The notes under the pieces: model-generated | Seen by the model: only the letters and a program-made list of their open reading frames with translations | Told to the model about the DNA's origin: nothing | Database searches by the model: none | Part shown: positions 45,133 to 56,785 of the stretch, piece after piece | How positions within the stretch are numbered: the first letter of the stretch is position 1 | Layout: each line of letters starts with the position of its first letter | Translations under genes and position numbers: made by a program | From: Reyranella sp. | GTDB lineage: Bacteria; Pseudomonadota; Alphaproteobacteria; Reyranellales; Reyranellaceae | Length of the DNA stretch: 64,000 bases | NCBI RefSeq assembly: GCF_965279625.1 | Contig: NZ_OZ257251.1 | Location: 2,282,061 to 2,346,060, forward strand | Reading direction: 5' to 3'

Positions 45133-46745
45133 TATTCGACCGAACGTCCCTTCAGCGCGAACAACCCGCGCGGCCGGCGCTGGATGAAGAGGATGATGAA
45201 CACCAGCACCAGGATCTTGCCCAGCACGGCGCCGGCGTAGGGTTCGAGGAACTTGTTCACGACGCCGAGCGTCAACGCTCCGATCAGGGTGCCGAACAGG
45301 TTTCCGACGCCACCGAACACCACCACCATGAAGGAGTCGATGATGTAGCCCTGACCGAGGTTGGGGCTGACATTGTCGATCTGGCTCAGCGCCACGCCCG
45401 CCAGGCCGGCGATGCCGGAGCCGAGGCCGAAGGTCAGCGCGTCGACCCGCGGCGTGCGGATGCCGACGGCCGACGCCATCGGCCGGTTCTGCGTGACGGC
45501 GCGCATGTAGAGGCCGAGCGGCGTCTTGCGCAGCAGCAGGATCAGCGAGGCGAACACGATCAACGCGAACACCACGATCCAGAGGCGTCCATAGGTGATG
45601 TTGAGCTGGCCAAGCTGGAAGGCCCCCGACATCCACGACGGCGCCCCGACCTCGCGGTTGGACGAGCCGAAGATCGAGCGCACCGCCTGCTGCAGCACGA
45701 GCGACAGTCCCCAGGTCGCAAGCAGCGTGTCGAGCGGGCGGCCATAAAGGAAGCGGATGATGGTGCGTTCGATCAGGATGCCGATGGCACCCGAGACGAG
45801 GAAGGCGAGCGGCAGCGCGATCACCAGCGAGACGTCGAACAGATGCGGCGCCGAGGTGCGGATGACTTCCTGGACGACGAAGGTCGTGTAGGCGCCAAGC
45901 ATGACCATCTCGCCATGCGCCATGTTGATCACGCCCATGGTGCCGAAGGTGATGGCGAGGCCGATGGCGGCCAGCAGCAGCACGGAGCCGAGAGAGATGC
46001 CGTACCAGACGTTCTGCGCCATCTGCCAGGCGGCCAGCGTCTGCTCGATCGAATCGGCCGCCGCCGTGGCAGCCGTCTTGACCTCGCCGTCGGAGCTGGC
46101 AGCGACGGTCTTGAGAATGCCCAGCGAATCGCGGTCGGCACGGTCACGAACCACGCCGATCGCGGCGAGCTTCTGCGCCGACGGCGAATCAGGGGTCGCG
46201 AGCACGATGGCGGCACGCGCCTCGCTCATCGCGCGCTTGATGCCGGGATCCTTTTCGGTGGCCAGCGCCTGGTCGAGGGCCGCCAGAGCCGTGGCATCGC
46301 GGCGCTTGAAGAGCGCGTCGGCGGCGTTGAGCCGGACCTTGGCATTGGGGCTCATCAGGGTGAGCGAACCGACCGCGGCCTCGATCGTGCCGCGCAGGCG
46401 GTTGTTGACCCTCACGCGTTCCAGGTCGGCCTCGACGGCACTGCCCGCCGGCTTGCCGGAGATCGCTTCGCTCAGCGCCAGCCTGTTGCCGTCGACCTTG
46501 CCGATGACCACGAGCTTGTCGGAATTTCGGATATAGAGCTGCCCGGCCCCCAGGGCTTCGAGGATCGGCGCGGCGCGTTCGTCGCCCGACGTCGCCAGCG
46601 CAGTGATCGCCGCCTCGCGCTCGCCCAAACCGCCGGAGGTCAGATTCCCGACGAGGGCCGTGAGGTCGGCCGCGAGGGCCGCTCCGGCCAGTGCCAGCGA
46701 CGCCAGCACGGAGAGCAGGACCGAGAACGGTCGATAAAGAAGCAT
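45132..46745 (-). CDS. urtB: Urea ABC transporter permease with long N-terminal helical-repeat extension
   Basis: AAIGLAITFG.MGVINMAHGE and IDSFMVVVFGGVG; about 240-aa HEAT-like N-terminal region. Confidence 0.9.
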   Translation of the reverse strand: MLLYRPFSVLLSVLASLALAGAALAADLTALVGNLTSGGLGEREAAITALATSGDERAAPILEALGAGQLYIRNSDKLVVIGKVDGNRLALSEAISGKPAGSAVEADLERVRVNNRLRGTIEAAVGSLTLMSPNAKVRLNAADALFKRRDATALAALDQALATEKDPGIKRAMSEARAAIVLATPDSPSAQKLAAIGVVRDRADRDSLGILKTVAASSDGEVKTAATAAADSIEQTLAAWQMAQNVWYGISLGSVLLLAAIGLAITFGTMGVINMAHGEMVMLGAYTTFVVQEVIRTSAPHLFDVSLVIALPLAFLVSGAIGILIERTIIRFLYGRPLDTLLATWGLSLVLQQAVRSIFGSSNREVGAPSWMSGAFQLGQLNITYGRLWIVVFALIVFASLILLLRKTPLGLYMRAVTQNRPMASAVGIRTPRVDALTFGLGSGIAGLAGVALSQIDNVSPNLGQGYIIDSFMVVVFGGVGNLFGTLIGALTLGVVNKFLEPYAGAVLGKILVLVFIILFIQRRPRGLFALKGRSVE

Positions 46746-46774
46746 GTGCTGTGACTTAACCCCGGGAGATGGAA

Positions 46775-46801
46775 ACGGGGCGACCAACAAAGTCGCCCCG
46801 T
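46775..46801 (-). terminator. Stem-loop between urtA and urtB
   Basis: 10-bp perfect stem ACGGGGCGAC/GTCGCCCCGT with 7-nt loop; typical of mRNA-stabilising hairpins after SBP genes. Confidence 0.55.
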
Positions 46802-46823
46802 CCTGTGAGTCCTGCGCGTCGAC

Positions 46824-48128
46824 CTACTTGGCCGCCTTGCCGATGCACTTGTTGGCGACGGTGTCGAAGTTTCCGCAGTTCACGGGCTTCGTCCAATCAG
46901 CCTTCAGGTTCTTGGAGTCGTCGAGGATCGGCGACCACGCGGCGCCCGGGACGAGGCCGGGAGTCTTCCACACCACGTCGAACTGGCCATTGCCCTCGAT
47001 CTCGCCGATCAGCACCGGCTTGGTGATGTGATGGTTCGGCAGCATCTCGGAGACACCACCCGTCAGGTTGGGGACCTTGATGCCGATGATCGCGTCGATC
47101 ACCTTGTCGGGATCGGTCGTGCCGGCCTTCTTGACCGCCTCGACCCACATGTTGAAGCCGATCACCGAAGCTTCCATCGGATCGTTGGTCACGCGCTTCG
47201 CGTTCTTCGTGAAGGCCTGCCAGGTCTTGATGAACTCCGCGTTGGTCGGATCCTTGACCGACTGGAAGTAGTTCCAGGCCGCGAGATGGCCGACCAGCGG
47301 CTTGGTGTCGATGCCGGCGAGCTCTTCTTCGCCGACCGAGAAGGCCACGACCGGGATGTCCTTGGCCTTGATGCCCTGGTTGCCGAGTTCCTTGTAGAAG
47401 GGAACGTTGGCGTCGCCGTTGATGGTCGACACGACGGCGGTCTTCTTGCCGGCCGAGCCGAACTTCTTGATGTCGGCCACGATCGACTGCCAGTCGGAAT
47501 GACCGAACGGCGTGTAGTTGATCATGATGTCTTCCTTCGCGACGCCCTTCTGGAGCAGGTACGCCTCGAGGATCTTGTTGGTCGTGCGCGGATAGACGTA
47601 GTCGGTACCGGCCAGGACCCAGCGCTTCACTTCGCCGCCGTCCTTGCTCATCAGGTAGTCGACGGCCGGGATCGCCTGCTGGTTCGGCGCGGCGCCGGTG
47701 TAGAACACGTTACGCTGGCTCTCCTGGCCCTCGTACTGGACCGGGTAGAAGAGGATGCCGTTCAGCTCCTCGAACACCGGCAGCACGGACTTGCGGCTGA
47801 CCGAGGTCCAGCAGCCGAACACCACGGCGACCTTTTCCTTCTGCAGCAGCTCGCGCGCCTTCTCGGCGAACAGCGGCCAGTTCGACGCCGGGTCGACCAC
47901 CACGGCCTCGAGCTTCTTGCCCAGAAGGCCGCCCTTCTTGTTCTGCTCCTCGATCATCATCAGCACGACGTCCTTCAGGGTCGTCTCGCTGATCGCCATC
48001 GTGCCCGACAGTGAATGGAGGATACCGACCTTGATCGTCTCCCCCGCCTGGGCGAACGCGCTGGTCGCCGCGCTGGCCACGAGGCCGGCGGCAACGAGGC
48101 CCGTCCGCATGAGTGTTCCCAATTTCAT
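46824..48128 (-). CDS. urtA: Urea ABC transporter substrate-binding protein
   Basis: Start moved to ATG 48128 after AAGGAG. GILHSLSGTMAISE, FGCWTSVSRK, YPVQYEG motifs. Confidence 0.95.
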   Translation of the reverse strand: MKLGTLMRTGLVAAGLVASAATSAFAQAGETIKVGILHSLSGTMAISETTLKDVVLMMIEEQNKKGGLLGKKLEAVVVDPASNWPLFAEKARELLQKEKVAVVFGCWTSVSRKSVLPVFEELNGILFYPVQYEGQESQRNVFYTGAAPNQQAIPAVDYLMSKDGGEVKRWVLAGTDYVYPRTTNKILEAYLLQKGVAKEDIMINYTPFGHSDWQSIVADIKKFGSAGKKTAVVSTINGDANVPFYKELGNQGIKAKDIPVVAFSVGEEELAGIDTKPLVGHLAAWNYFQSVKDPTNAEFIKTWQAFTKNAKRVTNDPMEASVIGFNMWVEAVKKAGTTDPDKVIDAIIGIKVPNLTGGVSEMLPNHHITKPVLIGEIEGNGQFDVVWKTPGLVPGAAWSPILDDSKNLKADWTKPVNCGNFDTVANKCIGKAAK

Positions 48129-48177
48129 CCCGCTCTCCTTGTCTTTCGACGGACTCTCCCCGCCGGAATTCAAGGAA

Positions 48178-48194
48178 TGCGAAAGTCGTGCCAA
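48178..48194 (-). promoter_or_regulatory. Sigma-54 (-24/-12) promoter motif upstream of urtA
   Basis: TTGGCACGACTTTCGCA (GG-N10-GC), 50 bp upstream of the ATG. Confidence 0.65.
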
Positions 48195-48221
48195 ACCCGC
48201 CGGATGCCCTTGGGATAAGGA

Positions 48222-48794
48222 TTAGTTGGCGATCAGGACGAGCGCGCCCCCGGCCATCACCGCGCCGCCCAAGGCGCGCAATCCCAGGTCGCCGACGGCG
48301 CGGCGTGCAACCCAGCCGAGTCCCAGGCCTGCAGCGTGCAGCAAGGCCGTGGCCGCAACGAAGCCCAGAATGTAGAGGGCAGTCCCGCTCGCGGGCGCTT
48401 CCGTGGCGTGCGCGTAGCCGTGGAACACCGCAAAAAGTCCAACGACAGCCATGGCCAACGCAGACGGCACACGCACTGCAGCTATGATGAGTGCGCCTAG
48501 CATCAGCACCGATGCGACGATCACCGCCTCCACCAGAGGCAGTTTGATGCCCGCGAATCCGGCAGCTGCTCCGACGAGCATCATCGCGATGAAGGAAGCC
48601 GGCACGAGATACGCGGCCGCCGGGCGCTTCACGGCCAGCAAGGAGGCCCATATGCCAACACCGATCATCGCCAGCAGGTGATCGACGCCGGTAAAGGGAT
48701 GAGCGAATCCCGAGGTCTCATGCCCCGGATGGGCCAGCACCGGGCTTGCCACCATAACGAGCAAAACCGCCAAGCGGATCGTTCGAATGTTCAT
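48222..48794 (-). CDS. ureJ: HupE/UreJ family nickel-transport accessory protein
   Basis: AHPGH, GFAHPFTGVDHLLAM and FHGYAH motifs. Confidence 0.9.
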   Translation of the reverse strand: MNIRTIRLAVLLVMVASPVLAHPGHETSGFAHPFTGVDHLLAMIGVGIWASLLAVKRPAAAYLVPASFIAMMLVGAAAGFAGIKLPLVEAVIVASVLMLGALIIAAVRVPSALAMAVVGLFAVFHGYAHATEAPASGTALYILGFVAATALLHAAGLGLGWVARRAVGDLGLRALGGAVMAGGALVLIAN

Positions 48795-48810
48795 TGAGTG
48801 CTCCTATCTT

Positions 48811-49430
<620 letters not shown>

Positions 49431-49434
<4 letters not shown>

Positions 49435-49859
49435 TTGTCCAGTTCTCCAGCCACCAGGGCGATATATCCCACGCCGAGCAACAGGCAGTAAGGCGAATAG
49501 TATCGTCTGTTGCGCGTGGCAAACGGTTCGATGGTGAAATGCGCCCGCCAGCGATGGCTGAAGCCCGCGATCCCGCGCGCCGCGAAGATGCCGGCGATCA
49601 TGTAGGTGCCCGCCAACACCGCAGGCTGGTCGATACGACCCAGCACGTACCAGGGCCATAGGGCCATCACGGCGAGGACGAGCGCCACCAGGAAGCACTG
49701 CCAGGCCGGCGGCATGCGGCGGCGTCCGTCACCGACGACGCTCCGGGCCAGGGCCTCCTCACTCGCCTCCGGCCAGTGGCTACCCAGCCCCCAAACCACA
49801 TGGATGACGGCAATGGCGCCGACGCCGATCGTGAGAAGAAGAGCCATCAGGGCTGTCAT
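49431..49859 (-). CDS. DUF3995-like membrane protein between ureF and ureG
   Basis: 142 aa, four hydrophobic segments, IHVVWG.G..WP and YYSPYCL; 4-bp overlaps with both neighbours. Confidence 0.75.
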
Positions 49860-50539
49860 GAACGAAAAAGCCGCGTGTACTGGGTTTCGTGACGGAGCGA
49901 GCACCAGTCGAGGAGCGGCGCCGCCGTCCCGACCTCGTCCAGGGAGTCGACCGCGATGGCGGCCCGGGTCGTTTCGTTGACCGAATCTTCGAGCGCAGCC
50001 AAGGCGACCTGGCCGTCGGTCTGACCGAGCGGCACGGCGCGCAGTGCGGCCGAGATCAGGTTGGCCGTGAAGGCATGGAGATAGGCCGCCAGCGCCTGTT
50101 CGAGCGCGATGCCATGGGCCGCGGCGGCGAGCGCCACGGCGACCGGCAGGGCCAGCTCGCCGTCGAGGCGCTGGTGGGCCTCGTCGAGGGCGGCATGCGG
50201 CCAGGCCGTCCGGGTGATGGAGAGGAACGAGCCGCCCTGCTGGCGCGATTCCAGCGCCATTTCCGAGGTGCCGCGCCAGGCAGCGGCGCGCTCGGCAATG
50301 GCGTCGAACCCAGGCCAGTCGGCCGCGCCGACCGCCCGCCAGCCCGCCGCGAACAGGGCGCCGTCGACGGCGCCGGTGCCGCGCCGCAGGACGCTGTCCA
50401 GCCACGCCACCAGCGTGGCGCGGTCCCGGATCAACCCCTCTTCCACCGCAGTCTCGACGCCGTGGCTGTAGCTGAAGGCGCCGATCGGATAGGAGGGCGA
50501 GAGCCAGGCAAGCAGCCTATACAGCGGGTCGCTAGCCAT
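49856..50539 (-). CDS. ureF: Urease accessory protein
   Basis: WLSPSYPIGAFSYSHGVE, PLGQTDGQ and C-terminal [11 protein letters not shown]. Confidence 0.95.
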   Translation of the reverse strand: MASDPLYRLLAWLSPSYPIGAFSYSHGVETAVEEGLIRDRATLVAWLDSVLRRGTGAVDGALFAAGWRAVGAADWPGFDAIAERAAAWRGTSEMALESRQQGGSFLSITRTAWPHAALDEAHQRLDGELALPVAVALAAAAHGIALEQALAAYLHAFTANLISAALRAVPLGQTDGQVALAALEDSVNETTRAAIAVDSLDEVGTAAPLLDWCSLRHETQYTRLFRS

Positions 50540-51020
50540 GACGCTCCGCGTGCAGCTCACCGTGGCGATGACCGGTGTCGTGATTGTGCTGGCCGTAGGC
50601 GCCGCCCTCCGGATCGAAGGGGGCGCGGACCTTGCGCACCTCGGCGCCGAGGCCCTTCAGCATGTCGACGATGACGTGATCGTCGCGGATCAGGATGCGA
50701 TCGCTGTCGATCTGCGTCGGCAGGTGGCGATTGCCGAGATGCCAGGCGAGACGCGCGAACGCCGCGGCATCGCGCCCGCGCACCTCGACGAGATCCTCGT
50801 CGGCGGCCTTCACCTCGACGAAGCCGCCCTCCTCCAGCCGCAGCCCGTCGCCAGTGTGCAGCACCACGGGTTCGACCAGGTCGAGCAGAAAGTCGAGCCC
50901 GTCGTCGCCCAGCATCCGCAGGCGGCGCCGGTAACGGTCGTCGAACAGCAGGGTGACGGTGTCGGTGCGCTCGGAGGCCGGCCAACCGCCGGCACGCACG
51001 ACCTCGATGGCGCGCTTCAT
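50532..51020 (-). CDS. ureE: Urease nickel chaperone
   Basis: DDRYRRR, AWHLGNRH, FDPEGGAY and His-rich tail. Confidence 0.95.
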   Translation of the reverse strand: MKRAIEVVRAGGWPASERTDTVTLLFDDRYRRRLRMLGDDGLDFLLDLVEPVVLHTGDGLRLEEGGFVEVKAADEDLVEVRGRDAAAFARLAWHLGNRHLPTQIDSDRILIRDDHVIVDMLKGLGAEVRKVRAPFDPEGGAYGQHNHDTGHRHGELHAERHG

Positions 51021-51047
51021 TGGCATGCCCTCGCGCAACTCTCATCC

Positions 51048-51120
51048 ATTGTCATCCCGAGCGCAGCGAGGGACCTTTGAAACAACAGGAAGGGTCCCTC
51101 GCTACGCTCGGGATGACAAT
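51048..51120. repeat. GTCATCC-type palindromic repeat, family B copy 3 (inside the urease operon)
   Basis: ATTGTCATCCCGAGCGCAGCGAGGGACCT (51048-51076) vs 51092-51120, 27/29 match. Confidence 0.85.
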
Positions 51121-51142
51121 CTTGGGGTCGCATGCGCTGTGC

Positions 51143-53188
<2,046 letters not shown>

Positions 53189-53199
53189 GGCGTCTCTCC

Positions 53200-53502
53200 T
53201 CAACGAATCGGCGCATGGACGGTGACGAGCTTGGTGCCGTCGGGAAAGGTCGCCTCGACCTGGATTTCGGCCAGCATGTCGGCGATGCCGTCCATGACCT
53301 GGCCCCGCGAGATCACATGCGCTCCGTCGCGCATCAGGTCGGCGACCGAGCGGCCATCGCGCGCACCCTCGACGACAAAATCGGTGATCAAAGCCACGGC
53401 CTCGGGATAGTTGAGCTTCACGCCGCGCTCCAGGCGGCGGCGCGCCACAATGGCTGCCATGGCCACCAGCAGCTTGTCCTTCTCGCGCGGCGTCAGATTC
53501 AT
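53200..53502 (-). CDS. ureA: Urease gamma subunit
   Basis: [11 protein letters not shown]...[14 protein letters not shown], 100 aa. Confidence 0.97.
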   Translation of the reverse strand: MNLTPREKDKLLVAMAAIVARRRLERGVKLNYPEAVALITDFVVEGARDGRSVADLMRDGAHVISRGQVMDGIADMLAEIQVEATFPDGTKLVTVHAPIR

Positions 53503-53550
53503 CGACCGTTTCCCCCTGCCGGTTGGACCCGACTATAGCGCGACCGGGTT

Positions 53551-53567
53551 TGCATCAAACATGCCAA
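53551..53567 (-). promoter_or_regulatory. Sigma-54 promoter motif upstream of ureA, overlapping the ureD stop codon
   Basis: TTGGCATGTTTGATGCA (GG-N10-GC), about 49 bp upstream of the ureA ATG. Confidence 0.55.
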
Positions 53568-54373
53568 ACGCGAGGCAGACGACGGCCGCGAAACTCGGTC
53601 AGGAACCGGATCGTCGCATGGCGCACAGCGGTCGCTTCCCCGAGCAGACGCGCCACCAGGATGCCGTTCACGACGGTGACGCCCGCCCGCACCTGGTCTG
53701 CAGCTTCGAGCAAGGCGCGGGCCTTCTCGAAATGCGTTTGGGGCGCATCCCACACGCCGATCACGGTCGCCAGAGCATTGGCCGCCCCGAAACCGGCGCC
53801 GTCCGGTGTCTCGCCTTCGACGCGTAAGGTATCGGTCCAGACCAGACGACCGGGACGGCGCACCGACCAGGCGTCGAGCAGCAGGCCGGACGTGAAGCGT
53901 TCGCCCGAAGCGCCGCGGCCAAGGACCACCATCTCGCAGGCGAAAAGCGAGCCGCCTTCGACCACTTCGGCCACCGTCCGGCGCTTCAAACGCGCGCCCT
54001 CGAACACGATGGTCTCCTGCGGCAGCCAGTCGAGCGTCGCGCCCTCGGCCACCCGCACGTCGACGTCGATCGTGCAGGGAGCGCTCCCCCGCGAGGCCCG
54101 GTAGATCTTCTCGGCCGCCTGCGTAGTCGCTACCGCCTCCGCTCCGGGTCCGATCTCGACCGCCATCTTCAGGGCATCGCCGCCCGTCACGCCGCCCGAG
54201 GTGGTGATCATCACGGCCTGCGGCGGTTCGCCCGGCTCGGATTTTGGGAACAAAACCCGGCAGGGGTCGCGTTGATAGAGATCGCCCAGGCGTGTCTTGC
54301 CGTCCCGCAGGTCGAAGGTGACCCGGCTTTCGCCGGAAGCGCGCTGCATGCGGGGGGAGAGACTGGTGGTCAT
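53555..54373 (-). CDS. ureD: Urease accessory protein
   Basis: TTSGGVTGGD, TTQAAEKIY, WLPQETI motifs. Confidence 0.92.
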   Translation of the reverse strand: MTTSLSPRMQRASGESRVTFDLRDGKTRLGDLYQRDPCRVLFPKSEPGEPPQAVMITTSGGVTGGDALKMAVEIGPGAEAVATTQAAEKIYRASRGSAPCTIDVDVRVAEGATLDWLPQETIVFEGARLKRRTVAEVVEGGSLFACEMVVLGRGASGERFTSGLLLDAWSVRRPGRLVWTDTLRVEGETPDGAGFGAANALATVIGVWDAPQTHFEKARALLEAADQVRAGVTVVNGILVARLLGEATAVRHATIRFLTEFRGRRLPRVWHV

Positions 54374-54403
54374 CGGCCCCGACTTGATAGATTAAGGATC
54401 GAA

Positions 54404-54955
54404 ATGAGCAAGGCCTTCACCAAGGAAAGCGACGACGGCGACGAGGACGACCTGCCCGACGATGTCGGCGGATTGCCTCCCGGCGCCAAGAATTACATGA
54501 CCCCGCAGGGCTTCGAGCGCATGCGTGAGGAACTGATGACGCTCATGCGCAAGGAGCGGCCCGAAGTCGTACAGGTCGTGTCCTGGGCTGCCGCCAACGG
54601 CGACCGCTCGGAGAACGGCGACTATCTCTATGGCAAGAAGCGCCTGCGCGAGATCGACCGCCGCATCCGCTTCCTCAGCAAGCGGCTGGAGCGCTCCGAG
54701 GTCGTCGATCCGGCCAAGCGCCCCAAGACCGACCGGGTGTTCTTCGGCGCCACCGTCACCTACGTGAATTCGAAGGACGAGGAACGCACGGTCAAGATCG
54801 TGGGAGTCGACGAGGTCGATCCCGCCCGCGGCCACGTCAGCTGGATCTCGCCCATCGCCCGCGCCGTCATGCGGGCGAACGAAGGCGACTCCGTGCGGAT
54901 GAACACCCCCGGCGGCGAGGAAGAGATCGAGATCCTGAAGGTCGAGTACGTTTAA
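54404..54955 (+). CDS. greB: Transcription elongation factor GreB
   Basis: Start ATG 54404 (MSKAFTKE). NYMTPQG, WAAANGDRSENGDY, ISPIARA. Confidence 0.95.
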   Translation: MSKAFTKESDDGDEDDLPDDVGGLPPGAKNYMTPQGFERMREELMTLMRKERPEVVQVVSWAAANGDRSENGDYLYGKKRLREIDRRIRFLSKRLERSEVVDPAKRPKTDRVFFGATVTYVNSKDEERTVKIVGVDEVDPARGHVSWISPIARAVMRANEGDSVRMNTPGGEEEIEILKVEYV

Positions 54956-54964
54956 CAAACACTC

Positions 54965-55075
54965 CGTCATCTCGACCGGAGCGCGCAGCGCGGAGCGGAG
55001 ATCTCTCTCCACGACTTGCCGGCTTTTGGCAGAGCGAAGGTCTCTCCGCTCCGCACCTTCGGTGCTCCCGTTCGG
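54965..55075. repeat. Degenerate CGTCAT-type palindromic repeat
   Basis: CGTCATCTCGACCGGAGCG...GCGGAGCGGAGATCT with inverted AGGTCTCTCCGCTCCGC; outer right arm decayed; between convergent genes. Confidence 0.7.
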
Positions 55076-55125
55076 GCGGTGTAACCCCCGCCCTGAGACG
55101 ACGAATGTTTCTGGCTTCGGAGTTC

Positions 55126-56709
55126 TTACATCGCCACCAACGCCAGGTCCTGGAACCAGCTCTGGGCCTGGGTGTACGACTTGATCCGCGCCGACAGGGC
55201 GCGCGGTGTCCTGTCGTGATAGATCCAGATCATCACGGCATCGTCCACGGCCTTGGCGTGGATTTGCGCTGCCAGGGCATCCTGCTTGGCGGGGTCGAAC
55301 GTGTTCTGCAGTTCGACCACCAGCCGGTCGACCTCGGGATTCTTGTAGCTGCTCCAGTTCACGCCGACCGGCGCCACCTGGTCCGAGGCGAAGAAGCGGT
55401 TCACCGCGTAGAAGGGATCGGATGTGACGTGGGTGACGTTGGTCGCGGTCACGTCCTTGTTCATCTCGGCCTTGGCGCCGCCCCGCCACCCCGTCATCAG
55501 CGCCTCGAGTTCGACGGGCTTGAAGTCGATGGCGATGAAACTCTCCTTCAGCATCTCCTGGATGGCTTCGTTGACCATCTGGTTGGTGCCGCCGGCCTGG
55601 ATGGTGATCCTGGCCTTCATCGGATTGGCCTTGCCGTAGCCAGCCTCGGTCATCAGCTTGCGCGCCGCGTCCGGCGCGTACTTGATCTCGAAGGTGGGCT
55701 TGCCGAACCAGGGGCTCGTCCGGTCGACCTCGCCATAGGCAGGCTGCACCAGCCCGTTGAGCAGCTTGACGATCGCGTCGCGGTCGATCGCGAGATTGGC
55801 GGCCTTGCGCACCCTGATGTCGGTCCAGGGCGAGCCCTCGACCAGCGAAGGGTGATAGTTGAAGACATGCGGCGTGACGTTGGTGCTGATGCGCGCCCCG
55901 CTCTGCTTCAGGCGATCGATGATGTCGGGCCCCGGCGCATCGATCATGTCGAAGGCGCCTGAGATCAGTGCGGCACTGCGACCGGAATCCTCGGGCGCGC
56001 AGATCAGGACGATGCGATCGACCTTGGGCATGCGCTTGGGGTTCCAGTACTCCTCGTTCTTCACCAGTTCGGCCCGCTCGCGCGGCACCAGCCGGGCGAG
56101 CCTGAACGGACCGGTACCCGCGGGCGCGGAGGCAAACTTGTTCCAGTCCCGGCCGACCTTCTCCCACTGCGCCGGGCTCGAGACCAGGAACCACAGCAAC
56201 TGATAGGGGAAGAGCGAGTCGACGGACTTGGTCTTGATCTCGACTTCCATTGGAGCGGTCTTGCGATAGCTGACCATGCTTGGCAGGCGCGGCCGCACCT
56301 GGGCGGCCTGGCGCTGGTCGAACTGCGCGGCATCCTTGTTGAAGATCTTCTCGAAGTTCCAGATCACCGCATCGGCGTCGAAGGCCGATCCGTCATGGAA
56401 TTTCACGCCGTCGCGCAGCTTGAAGGTCCACAACGTCTTGTCCGCGTCGCCGACCTTCCACTCGGTCGCGAGTCCCGGGATCATCTTGCCCGGCCGGTCC
56501 GACACGTCGAGTTCCCAGGCAATCAACGGATCGTAGAGGGTGAGGCCGGTATATTGATAGGCATTGGCGCCGCGATCCGGCTGGCCCGTCGTCAGCGGAA
56601 TGTCGGTCATCGGGATGCCGTAGCGAACGATCTTTTCCTGCGCCCAGGCGCCCCCAGGCAGGGAAAGCGCTGTCGTTCCAGCCAACAACGAACGGCGCGA
56701 GAGCTTCAT
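55126..56709 (-). CDS. Family 5 ABC substrate-binding protein, no adjacent permeases
   Basis: Tat-like SRRSLL signal; PGLATEW, KFHDGSAFDADAV and GTGPF motifs. Confidence 0.9.
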   Translation of the reverse strand: MKLSRRSLLAGTTALSLPGGAWAQEKIVRYGIPMTDIPLTTGQPDRGANAYQYTGLTLYDPLIAWELDVSDRPGKMIPGLATEWKVGDADKTLWTFKLRDGVKFHDGSAFDADAVIWNFEKIFNKDAAQFDQRQAAQVRPRLPSMVSYRKTAPMEVEIKTKSVDSLFPYQLLWFLVSSPAQWEKVGRDWNKFASAPAGTGPFRLARLVPRERAELVKNEEYWNPKRMPKVDRIVLICAPEDSGRSAALISGAFDMIDAPGPDIIDRLKQSGARISTNVTPHVFNYHPSLVEGSPWTDIRVRKAANLAIDRDAIVKLLNGLVQPAYGEVDRTSPWFGKPTFEIKYAPDAARKLMTEAGYGKANPMKARITIQAGGTNQMVNEAIQEMLKESFIAIDFKPVELEALMTGWRGGAKAEMNKDVTATNVTHVTSDPFYAVNRFFASDQVAPVGVNWSSYKNPEVDRLVVELQNTFDPAKQDALAAQIHAKAVDDAVMIWIYHDRTPRALSARIKSYTQAQSWFQDLALVAM

Positions 56710-56745
56710 GGTCGCCTCCAGACGGGGAAATGCCTGCCATGGGCA

Positions 56746-56762
56746 TGCGACTCCCGTGCCAG
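56746..56762 (-). promoter_or_regulatory. Sigma-54 promoter motif upstream of the SBP gene
   Basis: CTGGCACGGGAGTCGCA (GG-N10-GC), 37 bp upstream of the ATG. Confidence 0.5.
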
Positions 56763-56785
56763 AGTGGGCAGCACCGCCCCGCGGA

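Noticed and set aside
44014-45636. Apparent long N-terminal extensions or fusions in urtC, urtD, urtE, ureG, pcaG and greB in the ORF track
   Set aside because: They are upstream in-frame run-ons through neighbouring genes; each has an internal ATG with an RBS or stop-start overlap. The ureB-ureC junction differs in having no such start.
48222-48794. Horizontal acquisition of ureJ, suggested by more A/T-ending codons
   Set aside because: Only an impression from a short manual count, with no flanking mobility signal; needs a computed GC3/codon-adaptation profile.
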